Source: Gemmatimonadales bacterium
Lineage (GTDB): Bacteria; Gemmatimonadota; Gemmatimonadetes; Gemmatimonadales; GWC2-71-9
Reading direction: 5' to 3'
Length of the DNA stretch: 64,000 nucleotides
Assembly (NCBI GenBank): GCA_035760645.1
Contig: DASTSO010000024.1
Coordinates: forward strand, 87,331-151,330
Shown here in pieces: positions 55,269 through 64,000 of the stretch; position 1 is the stretch's first letter; each line of letters starts with the position of its first letter. Both the position numbers and the translations under genes were made by a program. Below the pieces are notes generated by a model. It was not told the origin of the DNA. It did no database searches and was given only the letters and a program-made list of their open reading frames with translations.

Positions 55269-55682
55269 CTACTTCGCTTCCCGCGGCGTGAAGCCGATGA
55301 TCTGGATCCCGGCGCCCTTCGCGACGTCCATCGCGTCGATGACGTCCTGGTAGAGCCGATTCGGCGCCGACTTGATGAACAGCAGCTTCGCGGGCCGCTG
55401 ATCGTAGATCGCGTGGAGCTGGGTGTCGAGCTGGTCCCGCGGCACCGGCTGGCCGTTGATGGCGTAGCCGCCGCCGTCCTGCAGCTCGAGGACGATCTGG
55501 TTCGAGGGCGCGGTGCTCGCCGTCGGCCGGTCCTCGGGCGGGACCTGGATCGTGAGCGACATCCGGTTCAGCGGCTGCGAGATCATGAAGATGATCAGCA
55601 GCACGAGCAGGATGTCGATCATCGGCACGACGTTGGGCTCGGACTGCGGGCCGCCTGCGCCCCCGCCGACTGACATGCCCAT
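55269..55682 (-). CDS. exbD: biopolymer transport protein ExbD/TolR
   Basis: 137-aa ORF; MGMSVGGG...PNVVPMIDILLVLLIIFM. Confidence 0.88.
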   Translation of the reverse strand: MGMSVGGGAGGPQSEPNVVPMIDILLVLLIIFMISQPLNRMSLTIQVPPEDRPTASTAPSNQIVLELQDGGGYAINGQPVPRDQLDTQLHAIYDQRPAKLLFIKSAPNRLYQDVIDAMDVAKGAGIQIIGFTPREAK

Positions 55683-55683
55683 G

Positions 55684-56145
55684 CTACTTGCCTCCCTTCT
55701 CGTCGTCGCCGCCGAGGATCGGACCGCTGCGGTTCGGCTCGGTGATCGCCGCCATCACGCGCACGCCGGCGCGGCGGGCGGTCTCCACGGCGTCCTGGAT
55801 CTTCGCGTAGCGGAGGGTGTTGTCCGCCTTGAAGTACAGGACCTTGTCCTCGGTCCGCGCGGCGAAGATCCCGCGCAGCTGGTCCTCGAGCGTACCGTCG
55901 GGGATCGGCTTCCCGTTCAGGAAGTAATGCCCCGCCACGTCGATGCCCAGCACGACCTCGTCATCCTTCTCGGGGTCGGAATCGAGGTTCCTGCCCTTGG
56001 GCAGCGTCGCCTTGAAGCCCGCCGCGATGAGCGGCGTGACGATCATGAAGATGATCAGCAGCACCAGCATGATGTCGATCATCGGCACCACGTTCGGCTC
56101 CGACTTGACCGTCGTCTGGCCGGCGCTTCCGACTGACATACCCAT
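55684..56145 (-). CDS. exbD: biopolymer transport protein ExbD/TolR (paralog)
   Basis: 153-aa ORF; MGMSVGSAG...PNVVPMIDIMLVLLIIFM. Confidence 0.88.
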   Translation of the reverse strand: MGMSVGSAGQTTVKSEPNVVPMIDIMLVLLIIFMIVTPLIAAGFKATLPKGRNLDSDPEKDDEVVLGIDVAGHYFLNGKPIPDGTLEDQLRGIFAARTEDKVLYFKADNTLRYAKIQDAVETARRAGVRVMAAITEPNRSGPILGGDDEKGGK

Positions 56146-56194
56146 GGTGGCCTACCTCCTTTCCCGGTGGACGGGCGTGTGGTACCGCTCCGCC

Positions 56195-56944
56195 TCAGCC
56201 GGCGACGTGGCCACTGCCGCTCACGGCCTTCTGGGCCTGGAACTCCTTGGTGAAGATCGAGCGGCCGAACTCGCTGCCGACGCTCTTGATGAGGTAGTCG
56301 ATCAGCTCCTTCGAGGTGTACGTCATCTCGACCGTCAGGTTCTCGATCTTGGTCGTGAAGTAGTTGTACGCCCACACCGCCGGGATGGCGACGAGCAGAC
56401 CGAAGGCGGTCGTGATCAGCGCCTCGGCGATACCGGCCGAGATGCCCGCGAGGCCGCCCGAGGTGCCGCCGGCCGACATGGACGTGAAGGCGTTGACGAT
56501 ACCCATCGTGGTGCCGAGCAGACCGACGAACGGCGCCGTCGAGCCGACCGTGGCGAGCACGCCGGTGCCGCGCTTGAACTCGCTGAGGACGATGAGCATC
56601 TGGCGCTCGACCGCGCGCTCGGCCGAGTTGATGTCGGCGGCGGTGATCGTGGCGCGGTCGCGGAGCAGCGGCTTCACCTCGGCGAGGGCGTCACCCAGCA
56701 CGCGCGAGACGTGGCTCTTGCGGTGCTTCTCGGCGAGCGCGATCGCCTGGTCCAGGTTCTCCTCCTGGATGGCGCGCGAGAACTGGGGGGCGAACTTGCG
56801 GGTCTCGGCCTGGCTCCGCGAGACCTGGATCGCCTTCGAGATCATGATCGTCAGCGAGTACACCGACATGATCGCCATGATGATCACGATCCCCTTCGGG
56901 AACCAGCTCATCGTGCCCCAGAGGTGCAGCAGATCGACATTCAT
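56195..56944 (-). CDS. exbB: MotA/TolQ/ExbB proton channel protein
   Basis: 249-aa ORF; GSTAPFVGLLGTTMGIVNAF, AEALITTAFGLLVAIPA. Confidence 0.9.
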   Translation of the reverse strand: MNVDLLHLWGTMSWFPKGIVIIMAIMSVYSLTIMISKAIQVSRSQAETRKFAPQFSRAIQEENLDQAIALAEKHRKSHVSRVLGDALAEVKPLLRDRATITAADINSAERAVERQMLIVLSEFKRGTGVLATVGSTAPFVGLLGTTMGIVNAFTSMSAGGTSGGLAGISAGIAEALITTAFGLLVAIPAVWAYNYFTTKIENLTVEMTYTSKELIDYLIKSVGSEFGRSIFTKEFQAQKAVSGSGHVAG

Positions 56945-57052
56945 GGTATGCAGTCTCCTTGGAGAGAACGGGTCGCGGCGGCGAGCCGCGGCCGACGACG
57001 GTTACCTGATGGTTGCCCGGTCGCCCGGCGCGGAGGCCGGCGCGGCCGGGGC

Positions 57053-57766
57053 TCAGCCCGCGTTGGCGCTGAAGTTGATCGCCTGCTCCACCAGCTGGCG
57101 GACCGGCTTGCCCTGCGAACGGCCGGGCTTGAACGTGGCCTTCATGACGGCCTCCTTCGCAGGCTCGACGAACGCCGGATGCGTCGTGCTGATGACCTTG
57201 AACGAGGTCGCCTCGGCCTTGCCCTCGGTATCGATGATGAACTGGAGCACCACGCGGCCGGCGATCCCCGCGGCGGCCATGGCCGGCGGATAGCGCGGCG
57301 ACGGCATCGAGATCACGCTCGCCGGATCGTCGAGCTGCGTGGAGGAGTAGACCTGGCCCTGGACGTCCACCGGGCCGGTCCCGCCCACGATGCCCGCGGC
57401 GACGCCGCCCTCGACGCCCTTGCCCGTGAAGTCCTTCGGGTCGAAGGGCTTCTCGTTCAGGTTGACCGGCGGGATCTCCTTCGGGATGTCCGTCGGCGGC
57501 ACCACCGTCTGGAAGCCCTTCGGCGGCGGGTTCTGCGACACCACCACGTCCGGTGGCGGCTCGTTCTGCGGCGGCGGCGGGGGCGGCGGCGGCGGCTTCA
57601 GGAAGACCATCGTCGTGTCGGGCTTGATCTCCTTCGCCGCCTCGACCGCCCCTTGGGTGGCCTTGACCGCGCCGAAGGCGAGCAGCCCGTGCACCACGAA
57701 CGACAGCACCGTCTGCCCTACCGACCGCTTCTTCTTCGGCTTGGATTCGAGCAGGTTATCGAACAC
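57053..57766 (-). CDS. tonB: TonB family protein
   Basis: GTG at 57766 preceded by GGAGGT (6-nt spacing); TM LSFVVHGLLAFGAV; PPPPPPPPPQNEPPP; C-terminal YPPAMAAAGIAGRVVLQFIIDTEG. Confidence 0.85.
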   Translation of the reverse strand: MFDNLLESKPKKKRSVGQTVLSFVVHGLLAFGAVKATQGAVEAAKEIKPDTTMVFLKPPPPPPPPPQNEPPPDVVVSQNPPPKGFQTVVPPTDIPKEIPPVNLNEKPFDPKDFTGKGVEGGVAAGIVGGTGPVDVQGQVYSSTQLDDPASVISMPSPRYPPAMAAAGIAGRVVLQFIIDTEGKAEATSFKVISTTHPAFVEPAKEAVMKATFKPGRSQGKPVRQLVEQAINFSANAG

Positions 57767-57903
57767 TCGGACACCTCCAATAGGTGTGGCCAGAAGTACG
57801 GCGAGAAAAGTAAAGGCCACCGTTGAGCACGGCAGTGCAAGTGGATTACAAGACGATGACAACCGGGTGAGGCGTCACTGTCATCGGACGCCGGCCGGCA
57901 AGC

Positions 57904-58635
57904 TTACGGCGCCCGTGTGAGCCGGAACACGAGCCGCTGCCGCACCCGCGCCGCGCTCGGCTGCCCCGCCACACGCGCCGGGGCGAACCGGGCCGCCGCG
58001 AGTGCCACCCGCGCGGCGGTGACGAAGCCCGGCGCCGGCGCCGGCCCGAGCACTCGCACCGAGTTCGTGTCCACCCGCCCCGTCACGTCCACGACGTACT
58101 CGAGCTCCACCGCACCTTCGGTTCCTGCGGCCCGCAGTGCCGCCGGATAGCTCGGTTCGGGCATCGTGAGGAGCCGCGGGGGCGTGCCCTCGGGTGTCGT
58201 CGCCATAGGATCGGTCGCCGGGCCGAGCGGGCCCCCGTCGCCGACGGCCGCCACCGGGCCGCCGCGCGGCGCAGTTCGAATCCGGTCGAGGACGGCATCG
58301 TGCATGGCGTCACGGGCCGGGGCGAGGACGTCGTCGAGCGACGGGATCGGGAGCGGCTCCGTGGTGGGCACGACCGGCGGCGTTCGATCCGGGGTGTGCT
58401 CCGAAACCGGAGGCGCGCCATGTCCCGGTTCGCGCGCGGGCGTGCGCGGATGCACTTCGAACATCGGCGGCAGAATGCGCGTGGTGTCGGGCCCGGACCG
58501 GGGCGCGAGAGCCGGGTGCCCGGTGGCGTGCACCAGCGCGACCGCCATGGTCGCGTGCGCGGCGAAGGCGAGGAGCGGGACGCCGACCGCACGCCGCGGC
58601 GGCCGCAGACGGGAGGCAACGAGGTGCTCGAACAT
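57904..58635 (-). CDS. TonB C-terminal-domain protein (third paralog)
   Basis: ATG at 58635; TM VPLLAFAAHATMAVALV; C-terminal YPAALRAAGTEGAVELEYVVDVTGRV. Confidence 0.65.
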   Translation of the reverse strand: MFEHLVASRLRPPRRAVGVPLLAFAAHATMAVALVHATGHPALAPRSGPDTTRILPPMFEVHPRTPAREPGHGAPPVSEHTPDRTPPVVPTTEPLPIPSLDDVLAPARDAMHDAVLDRIRTAPRGGPVAAVGDGGPLGPATDPMATTPEGTPPRLLTMPEPSYPAALRAAGTEGAVELEYVVDVTGRVDTNSVRVLGPAPAPGFVTAARVALAAARFAPARVAGQPSAARVRQRLVFRLTRAP

Positions 58636-58727
58636 GGACGACACCTCCGCAGAAAGGGGTGTCTCCACGATGCGATCGAGCGGTTGCGGCGGAGTGGGGG
58701 GCGGGTGACGGGACGATGAAGCCGCGG

Positions 58728-60209
58728 TTACGCCTCGGCGTCACGCCTCGGCGGTGCGGCGGCGGGCTCGCCGGTCTTCGGCAGCACGACGGTGAAGACG
58801 GTCCCCCGCCCCGGCCGGCTCTGCACGCCGATGGTGCCGCCGTGTGCCTCGGCGATCCACTTGGTGATGGCGAGTCCAAGGCCGGTGCCGGCGCGCTCGC
58901 CGGTGCGCGAGCGCGCGGGATCGGCGCGCCAGAAGCGCTCGAAGATGTGCGGCAGGTCGCCCGGGGCGATGCCGATGCCGGTGTCGCGTACCGTGATCGT
59001 CACCTCCTCGACGCCATCGGCGAGGCCGAGCTCGACCCGGCCGCCGGCAGGGGTGTACTTGACGGCGTTCGTCGCGAGGTTGAGCAGGAGCTCGCGGATG
59101 CGTCCGGCGTCGACCGCGAGGCGGACCGGATGGTCGGGGAGCTCCGTCGTCACGGTGAGCCCGCCTTCCTCGCCCAGGATCCCGGCCGTCTCGGCGATGT
59201 CGGTCATGATGTCGCGCAGGTCGTGATCCTCGAGCGCCAGCGGTGCGCGCCCCTCGTCGGCGCGGGCGAGGGTGAGGAGACTTTCGACCATCTCGCTCAT
59301 CTGGTTGACCTGCTCGAGCGTCTCGTCGAGCGTCTGCAGCGTCTCGGCCGGCGTCTTCGGGTGGGTCAGGGTCCGCTCGACGCCGGCCCGGAGCACCATG
59401 AGCGGGGTCTTGAGCTCATGGCTCGCGTCGGCGGTGAAGCGGCGCAGGGAGGCGAAGCTCTGCTCGAGCCGCGCGAGCATGGCGTTGACGGCGTGGCCCA
59501 GGCGGCGGATCTCGTCCCCGCCGGCGGGCACCACGATGCGGCGATGCAGCGTGCGACCGTCGGTGATCGCCTCCAGCTCGTCGATGATCCCCTCGACGGG
59601 GCGCATCGCGGCCCCCGCGAGCCACCAGCCGAGCGCCCCCGAGGCGAGCAGCACGATGGGGAGCGAGACCAGCATGGCGTTCAGGAGCACGCCCGGGTCG
59701 AACGAGAGATTCCGGTACGGCGTCGCCACGAGCAGGGCGCCGATGTCGGCGCCCGCGCTGTCCACCGGCGCGACGAGATAGTGGAGTGTGAGCTTCGACG
59801 CGGGCTCGACGGTGACGCGGCCGAACTGCGGGCCGGTCGGCAGGGGCTGGAGCGGCGCCGTGAGCCGCTCGAGGGCGGCGAAGCTCAGCTCGCGCGCGGG
59901 CTCGGAGAGATAGAGCAGCTCGCCGCGGCGGCCGACCAGGACGAGGTATTCGCGGACGCTCTCGAAGTAGGGACTGATGGCGCTGTTGAGCGAGGGCGTC
60001 CCCTCGAGGTGGTCCACCAGCGGCCCCAGGACGCGGTGGGACTCCTGCAGGTACTTCGTGGCCGCCTCCGCCTGCAGCCGGACGCGGTAGTCGAGCTCGC
60101 GCGGGTTGGGCTTCTGGAGCTCGTGATAGAGCGCGGCGCCGAAGATCAGGATCGTCGCCGTGATCGCCGCCGCGTACCAGGCGGTGAGGCGTGCGCGGAT
60201 CGTCGTCAT
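58728..60209 (-). CDS. membrane sensor histidine kinase (HAMP-HisKA-HATPase)
   Basis: ATG at 60209; two TM segments, H-box ADASHELKTPL, N/G boxes NAVKYT, DTGIGI, GTGLGL. Confidence 0.88.
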   Translation of the reverse strand: MTTIRARLTAWYAAAITATILIFGAALYHELQKPNPRELDYRVRLQAEAATKYLQESHRVLGPLVDHLEGTPSLNSAISPYFESVREYLVLVGRRGELLYLSEPARELSFAALERLTAPLQPLPTGPQFGRVTVEPASKLTLHYLVAPVDSAGADIGALLVATPYRNLSFDPGVLLNAMLVSLPIVLLASGALGWWLAGAAMRPVEGIIDELEAITDGRTLHRRIVVPAGGDEIRRLGHAVNAMLARLEQSFASLRRFTADASHELKTPLMVLRAGVERTLTHPKTPAETLQTLDETLEQVNQMSEMVESLLTLARADEGRAPLALEDHDLRDIMTDIAETAGILGEEGGLTVTTELPDHPVRLAVDAGRIRELLLNLATNAVKYTPAGGRVELGLADGVEEVTITVRDTGIGIAPGDLPHIFERFWRADPARSRTGERAGTGLGLAITKWIAEAHGGTIGVQSRPGRGTVFTVVLPKTGEPAAAPPRRDAEA

Positions 60210-60244
60210 CGGGCCCTCACGGCGCGGGCGCGGCCACCCGCCCG

Positions 60245-60913
60245 TCACTCCCGCACCACGTACCCGACGCCGCGCACCGTGTGGATCAGCTTCCTCGCGT
60301 GGCCCGAGTCCACCTTCTTGCGCACCCGGTTGATCACGACGTCCACGATGTTGGTGCCCGGATCGAAGTGGTAGTCCCAGGCGTACTCGGTGATGAGCGT
60401 GCGGCTCATGACGCGGCCGGCGTGCCGCATGAGGTACTCGAGGACCGCGAACTCCTTCGGTGTCAGGTCGATCCGCACACCGGCCCGGCGCACCTCGCGG
60501 GTGGCGAGGTCCATCTCGAGGTCCGCGACGCGCAGCGTCGGGGTGGTGAGCTGCTTGGGCCGGCGGCCGAGCGCCTCGACGCGCGCCAGCAGTTCCTCGA
60601 AGGCGAAGGGCTTCGTGACGTAGTCGTCGGCGCCCGAGCGCAGCGCCTGCACCTTGAAGTCGAGCGCGTCCTGCGCCGTGAGGACGAGGATGGGGACGTT
60701 GTTCCCGCGGTCGCGCAGGGTGCGCAGGACCTCGATGCCCGTCATCCCCGGCAGCCGCAGGTCGAGGACGAGCAGGTCGTACTGCCCGCCCGAGGCGAGC
60801 CGCAGCGCCTCGAGCCCGTCGTCCACGAGGTCGGCGTGGTAGTGGTTTTCCTCCAGGCCGCGCTTGACGTACTGACCGACGGTCCGGTCGTCCTCGATGA
60901 CGAGGATCTTCAT
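60245..60913 (-). CDS. OmpR-family response regulator
   Basis: 222-aa ORF; receiver DLLVLDLRLPG; winged-helix C-terminus LTPKEFAVLEYLM...VRGVGY. Start overlaps the upstream kinase stop (ATGA). Confidence 0.92.
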   Translation of the reverse strand: MKILVIEDDRTVGQYVKRGLEENHYHADLVDDGLEALRLASGGQYDLLVLDLRLPGMTGIEVLRTLRDRGNNVPILVLTAQDALDFKVQALRSGADDYVTKPFAFEELLARVEALGRRPKQLTTPTLRVADLEMDLATREVRRAGVRIDLTPKEFAVLEYLMRHAGRVMSRTLITEYAWDYHFDPGTNIVDVVINRVRKKVDSGHARKLIHTVRGVGYVVRE

Positions 60914-62502
60914 CCTTCCCCCTGGACGGCCGCCGCCCGACCCGAATCGGCGGGCAGGATGATGCGGAAGAGCGAGCCGCGCCCCGGCTGGCTGTCCACC
61001 TCGATGCGGCCGTGGTGGTCCTCGACGATCCCGTAGCAGATCGACAGCCCGAGCCCGGTCCCGCGGCCCGGCGCCTTGGTCGTGTAGAACGGCTCGAAGA
61101 TCTTCGACTGCTCGGCGCGCGGGATCCCCGCCCCGGTGTCCTCGATCTCGCAGACGACCTCGTGGCCGCGCGCCCGCCCCCCGCGCGTGCGCACGGTGAG
61201 CTGCCCACCGGCGTCGAGCGCGTCCAGCGCGTTCAGCATGAGCGCGAGGAGCACCTGGATGAGCTGCTCGGCATTGCCGTGGGCCGCCGGGAGCGCGGGC
61301 GCGAGCTCGGTGACGACGGTCATCTGCTTGTAGCGGTGGTGGTGCTTGAGGAGGAAGAGCGCGTCCTCGGCGATCGCGTTGAGCGCGACGGGCCCCTTCG
61401 CCTTCCCCTTGGGCCGGCTGAAGTCGAGCAGCCCGTCCACGATGCGCGTGCAGCGCTGCACCTCCTTGTCCACCATCTCGTAGTACTCGCGCCGCACGGC
61501 GTCCGCCTCGGGCGAGTGGTCGCCGAGGCGCGTCTCGAGCGCGGCCACGCAGGCGGAGATGGTGGCGAGCGGGTTGTTGATCTCGTGCATGACGCCCGCG
61601 GCGAGCTGGCCCACGGCGGCGAGCTTCTCGCTCTGGAGGATGCGGCTCTGGATCGCGTGGTACTCGGTCACGTCCTCGCCGATGGTGATGACGTGCGAGA
61701 TGTGCCCCTCGGCATCGCGCATCGGGATCTTGCTGAGGCGGTAGAAGCGCGGCCCGTCGGCGCCCGGGACCTCGAGCTCCTGCTGCGCCACGCGCCCCGA
61801 CTCGAACACCTCGTCGAAGCCCGCCCGCAGCTCCTCGGGCGCCTGGCGAGTCAGGACCTCGAAGACGGGCCGGCCCACCACGTCCTCGCGCCGGAGGCCC
61901 TGGGTGCCCGTCTCGCGCTTGCGGTTCCAGAGCAGGATGCGGTACTCGCGGTCGACCACGTACAGCCCGACCGGGAGGCAGTCGATGACGTTCTCGGTGA
62001 AGCGCCGCTGGGCGTCGATCTCGCGCGACTGGAGCGCGACCTCGTAGGCGAGGTCCTCCGAGAGCTCGACCGAGCTGAGGAACGGCCCGAGCACGTCGAC
62101 CACGACGCCGAGGACCTCGGCCGGTGGGCGGTCCGCCGCGGGCACCGCGTCCGGCGCGAGCTCGACCTCGAGCAGGCCGAAGCGCGCGCCGTCGTCGCGC
62201 AGCGGGAAACGGAGCGTGTGGGGCGGGAGCGGCGGCAGCTCGTCGAGCGAGCCGAGGGAAGCGAGGGAGCTCCCGGCCGCGGGGATCGGCCGGTACAGAC
62301 GCGTCCGCGGATCCAGGAGCCAGAAGGCGGCCCGCCGTGCCGGGAGCGCGGTGCGCAGCAGGTCGGCCACCGCCTCGAGCGTGCGCTCGGGCCGGAGCCC
62401 GGTGGTGAGGAGGCGCGCGATCCGGCCGACCAGCGCGAGCGTGTCGGCGCGCTCCCCCGCCCCGGCGGCGGCCCCGCCCGGCGAGGCGCTCGACGCGGTC
62501 AC
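60910..62502 (-). CDS. cytoplasmic sensor histidine kinase (GAF-like N-terminus, PAS, HisKA, HATPase)
   Basis: 530-aa ORF, GTG start; no TM segment seen; PAS LPVGLYVVDREYRILLWN; H-box MHEINNPL; GTGLGLSI. Confidence 0.85.
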   Translation of the reverse strand: MTASSASPGGAAAGAGERADTLALVGRIARLLTTGLRPERTLEAVADLLRTALPARRAAFWLLDPRTRLYRPIPAAGSSLASLGSLDELPPLPPHTLRFPLRDDGARFGLLEVELAPDAVPAADRPPAEVLGVVVDVLGPFLSSVELSEDLAYEVALQSREIDAQRRFTENVIDCLPVGLYVVDREYRILLWNRKRETGTQGLRREDVVGRPVFEVLTRQAPEELRAGFDEVFESGRVAQQELEVPGADGPRFYRLSKIPMRDAEGHISHVITIGEDVTEYHAIQSRILQSEKLAAVGQLAAGVMHEINNPLATISACVAALETRLGDHSPEADAVRREYYEMVDKEVQRCTRIVDGLLDFSRPKGKAKGPVALNAIAEDALFLLKHHHRYKQMTVVTELAPALPAAHGNAEQLIQVLLALMLNALDALDAGGQLTVRTRGGRARGHEVVCEIEDTGAGIPRAEQSKIFEPFYTTKAPGRGTGLGLSICYGIVEDHHGRIEVDSQPGRGSLFRIILPADSGRAAAVQGEG

Positions 62503-62509
62503 GCCGCCC

Positions 62510-63037
62510 TCACCGCTCGCGCGCGACCGGCTCGGGCGCGCTCACGAGGTTGACGATCTCCCAGCGCGGCCCCACGCGCCGGAGCACGAAGTGCTCGGTC
62601 CGGCTCACCTCGTGCACCGCGCCGTCGAGGCCCCGCTCGTTGAGACGCGTCGCCACCCACATCGCGGCGATGCCGCCCTCCTGCCGGAACTCGGTGCGGA
62701 CCATGCGCGGGCCGAGCTCGCCGGGCTGCATTCCGCGGTCGCGCTCGGCGAGGTAGCCGACGTAGTCGGCGGCGCTGCGGAAGGCGAGCCACCCCGAGTC
62801 GGCGCGCGGACGGACTTCCACGGCGGCACTGTCCCAGAGGAGCGCGCGGGTCGAGTCCCACTGCTGCGCGGAGGCGGTCCGATAGAACGTCGCGACGGCC
62901 GCACGTACCGCCTCCTCGTCGCGACGGCTACCGGTGGGCGTGCGGTCCTCGATGCGACAGGCGGCGAGTGCGACCACCGCGAGCGGGAGCAGCAGCGTGC
63001 GGGCGGTCACTGGGCGCGGAGGGCGCAGCGGGCGCAT
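62510..63037 (-). CDS. lipoprotein, possibly NTF2/SnoaL-like fold
   Basis: 175-aa ORF; lipobox LAVVALAAC; the fold suggestion rests on size and pattern only. Confidence 0.5.
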   Translation of the reverse strand: MRPLRPPRPVTARTLLLPLAVVALAACRIEDRTPTGSRRDEEAVRAAVATFYRTASAQQWDSTRALLWDSAAVEVRPRADSGWLAFRSAADYVGYLAERDRGMQPGELGPRMVRTEFRQEGGIAAMWVATRLNERGLDGAVHEVSRTEHFVLRRVGPRWEIVNLVSAPEPVARER

Positions 63038-63123
63038 GCTCAGACATCACCTTGAAGTCGGGGGGCGAAGCGACGAGCGGAGGAGCCCGCCGCGCCGAAA
63101 GATATACGGCGGATGCGCCGCGG

Positions 63124-64000
63124 TCACCACTCGAAGCGCACCTCGTGGGTGGCGTCGGCGGCGAACCGGGCGGTGGCACCGCCGAGCTCCACGTCGTCCA
63201 CCGTGAGCCGACCCGGCACCGCGCCGGCGAGCGCGAGCGCGAGCCGGAGCGGCGGTCCGTGGGCGCGCGTGACCACCACGTGGACCCGCCCGAAGCGGCG
63301 GCGCGCCAGGAGGTCGAGCACGGTCGCGCCGAGGCGGAGCCGCCGGAGCGCGGCGCGGGGCCAATCGGCCGGCAGATCGAGCGTCACCTCGGCGGCCTCC
63401 GCCCCCTGCTCCGGGCGCACGCCCCAACGGCCGATCACCTCCCGCAGCACTCCGTCGGCCGCGCGGCGAAGCGCGGGATGGGCCGGAAGCCAGAGCGCCT
63501 CGGGCGGGCCGGGTGACTCGGGCGCGCCCGGACCACCGGATGCCGTCCGCGCGGCCGCATCGGCCACCGTCCGGGCCACGGCGAGGAGCCGGGCGGCCGG
63601 CGTGAGCCCATCGGCGTCGCCGCTCCAGTCGCGGTAGGCGCCGGCCAGGCGGAGGAGTGCCCGCGCGGTCTCCGCTTCGGCCGCGGGCTCGCGCGCGAGG
63701 CGGCCGTCGGGCGTGGCCGACGTCGGCAGTCCGCCCTCGCGCTCGTGCACCGCGGCGGCGAGACGCAGCAGGTCGCGCGCGGGCTCGCGAACGCCCGCGA
63801 CGAGGAGCGCGTAGGCGGTCGCCGCGGCGTCCGCCAGCGCGACGGGGTCCCGGGGCGCGGTGACGCCGACCCAGCCGCGGCCCCAGCCGGGCAGCTCGAC
63901 CCGGGTGTCGTCGAGCCGGCGCTTCGCCGCCTCGAAGGCGCGGTCCCGCGCGGGCTCGGGGGTCTCGATCGACACGGCGTACTCGCGCAGGAGCTTCGCG
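63124..64000 (-). CDS. hypothetical protein, C-terminal part (probably continues past the right edge)
   Basis: ORF 63124..63975 stays open to the window end in the same frame; Ala/Arg-rich helical region followed by a beta-rich C-terminus; no family recognised. Confidence 0.4.
   Translation of the reverse strand, partial: AKLLREYAVSIETPEPARDRAFEAAKRRLDDTRVELPGWGRGWVGVTAPRDPVALADAAATAYALLVAGVREPARDLLRLAAAVHEREGGLPTSATPDGRLAREPAAEAETARALLRLAGAYRDWSGDADGLTPAARLLAVARTVADAAARTASGGPGAPESPGPPEALWLPAHPALRRAADGVLREVIGRWGVRPEQGAEAAEVTLDLPADWPRAALRRLRLGATVLDLLARRRFGRVHVVVTRAHGPPLRLALALAGAVPGRLTVDDVELGGATARFAADATHEVRFEW

Noticed and set aside
57767-57903. Fur box upstream of the tonB-exbBD operon
   Set aside because: I found no match to the GATAATGATAATCATTATC-type consensus. 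Only the unrelated GATGACA-N17-TGTCATC repeat is present, and it is reported separately at low interest.

Overview
Very GC-rich, gene-dense bacterial chromosomal segment; third codon positions are almost all G/C (judged by eye, GC not computed). I call about 70 protein genes, roughly 60 of them on the minus strand, plus one tRNA. No transposase, integrase, phage gene, rRNA or CRISPR array was seen. All product calls come from reading the ORF translations and recognising motifs from memory; no database search was possible, so they are family-level calls. A diderm, possibly of the FCB/Gemmatimonadota type, is only a guess.

Content from left to right:
- nadD (partial), bamD and a TPR protein.
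- A nucleotide-sugar precursor block: UDP-GlcA epimerase-like, ugd, a WbpA/WlbA/WlbC/WlbB-like four-enzyme set for UDP-2,3-diacetamido-2,3-dideoxy-glucuronate, carB wedged in, then rmd and gmd.
- rpmB, facing the rpmJ-rpsM-rpsK-rpsD-rpoA-rplQ operon.
- A tightly overlapping chain: smpB, amidase, TPR lipoprotein, pyrD, pyrF, secreted hypothetical.
- tRNA-Leu(CAG).
- MoeZ-like adenylyltransferase-rhodanese, an Rrf2 regulator and a nucleotidyltransferase, divergent from a metallophosphoesterase; then aspA.
- A long minus-strand operon: two SDRs, an unknown Rossmann/Cys protein, trxB, an MBL hydrolase, a Cys-rich micro-ORF, a GT4 glycosyltransferase and a flippase-like membrane protein.
- A PHP phosphoesterase and two small unknowns; 2-oxoacid dehydrogenase E1alpha/E1beta/E2; a long membrane pyrophosphatase.
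- A CDP-alcohol phosphatidyltransferase with inositol-3-phosphate synthase.
- A NamZ/NagZ/AmiE-like lipoprotein trio with a symporter and a BadF-type sugar kinase; erpA; an APC permease.
- TonB/ExbB/ExbD/ExbD/TonB plus a third TonB-like gene.
- Histidine kinase / OmpR-type regulator / histidine kinase.

Observations I rate most worth follow-up:
1. A recurrent G-rich/C-rich inverted-repeat element whose arms start at or next to stop codons. There are four copies, and two share a near-identical inner palindrome.
2. A Cys-rich micro-ORF, translationally coupled to the GT4 gene and overlapping one of those repeat copies.
3. Two divergent lipoprotein genes whose best GTG starts share one GTGCAC palindrome, at the head of a Bacillus-style extracytoplasmic muropeptide-rescue cluster.
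4. An inositol-phospholipid gene pair.
5. Stop/start overlaps (NTGA and similar) that chain functionally unrelated genes together.

I cannot show from sequence alone that any of these is a new biological system.
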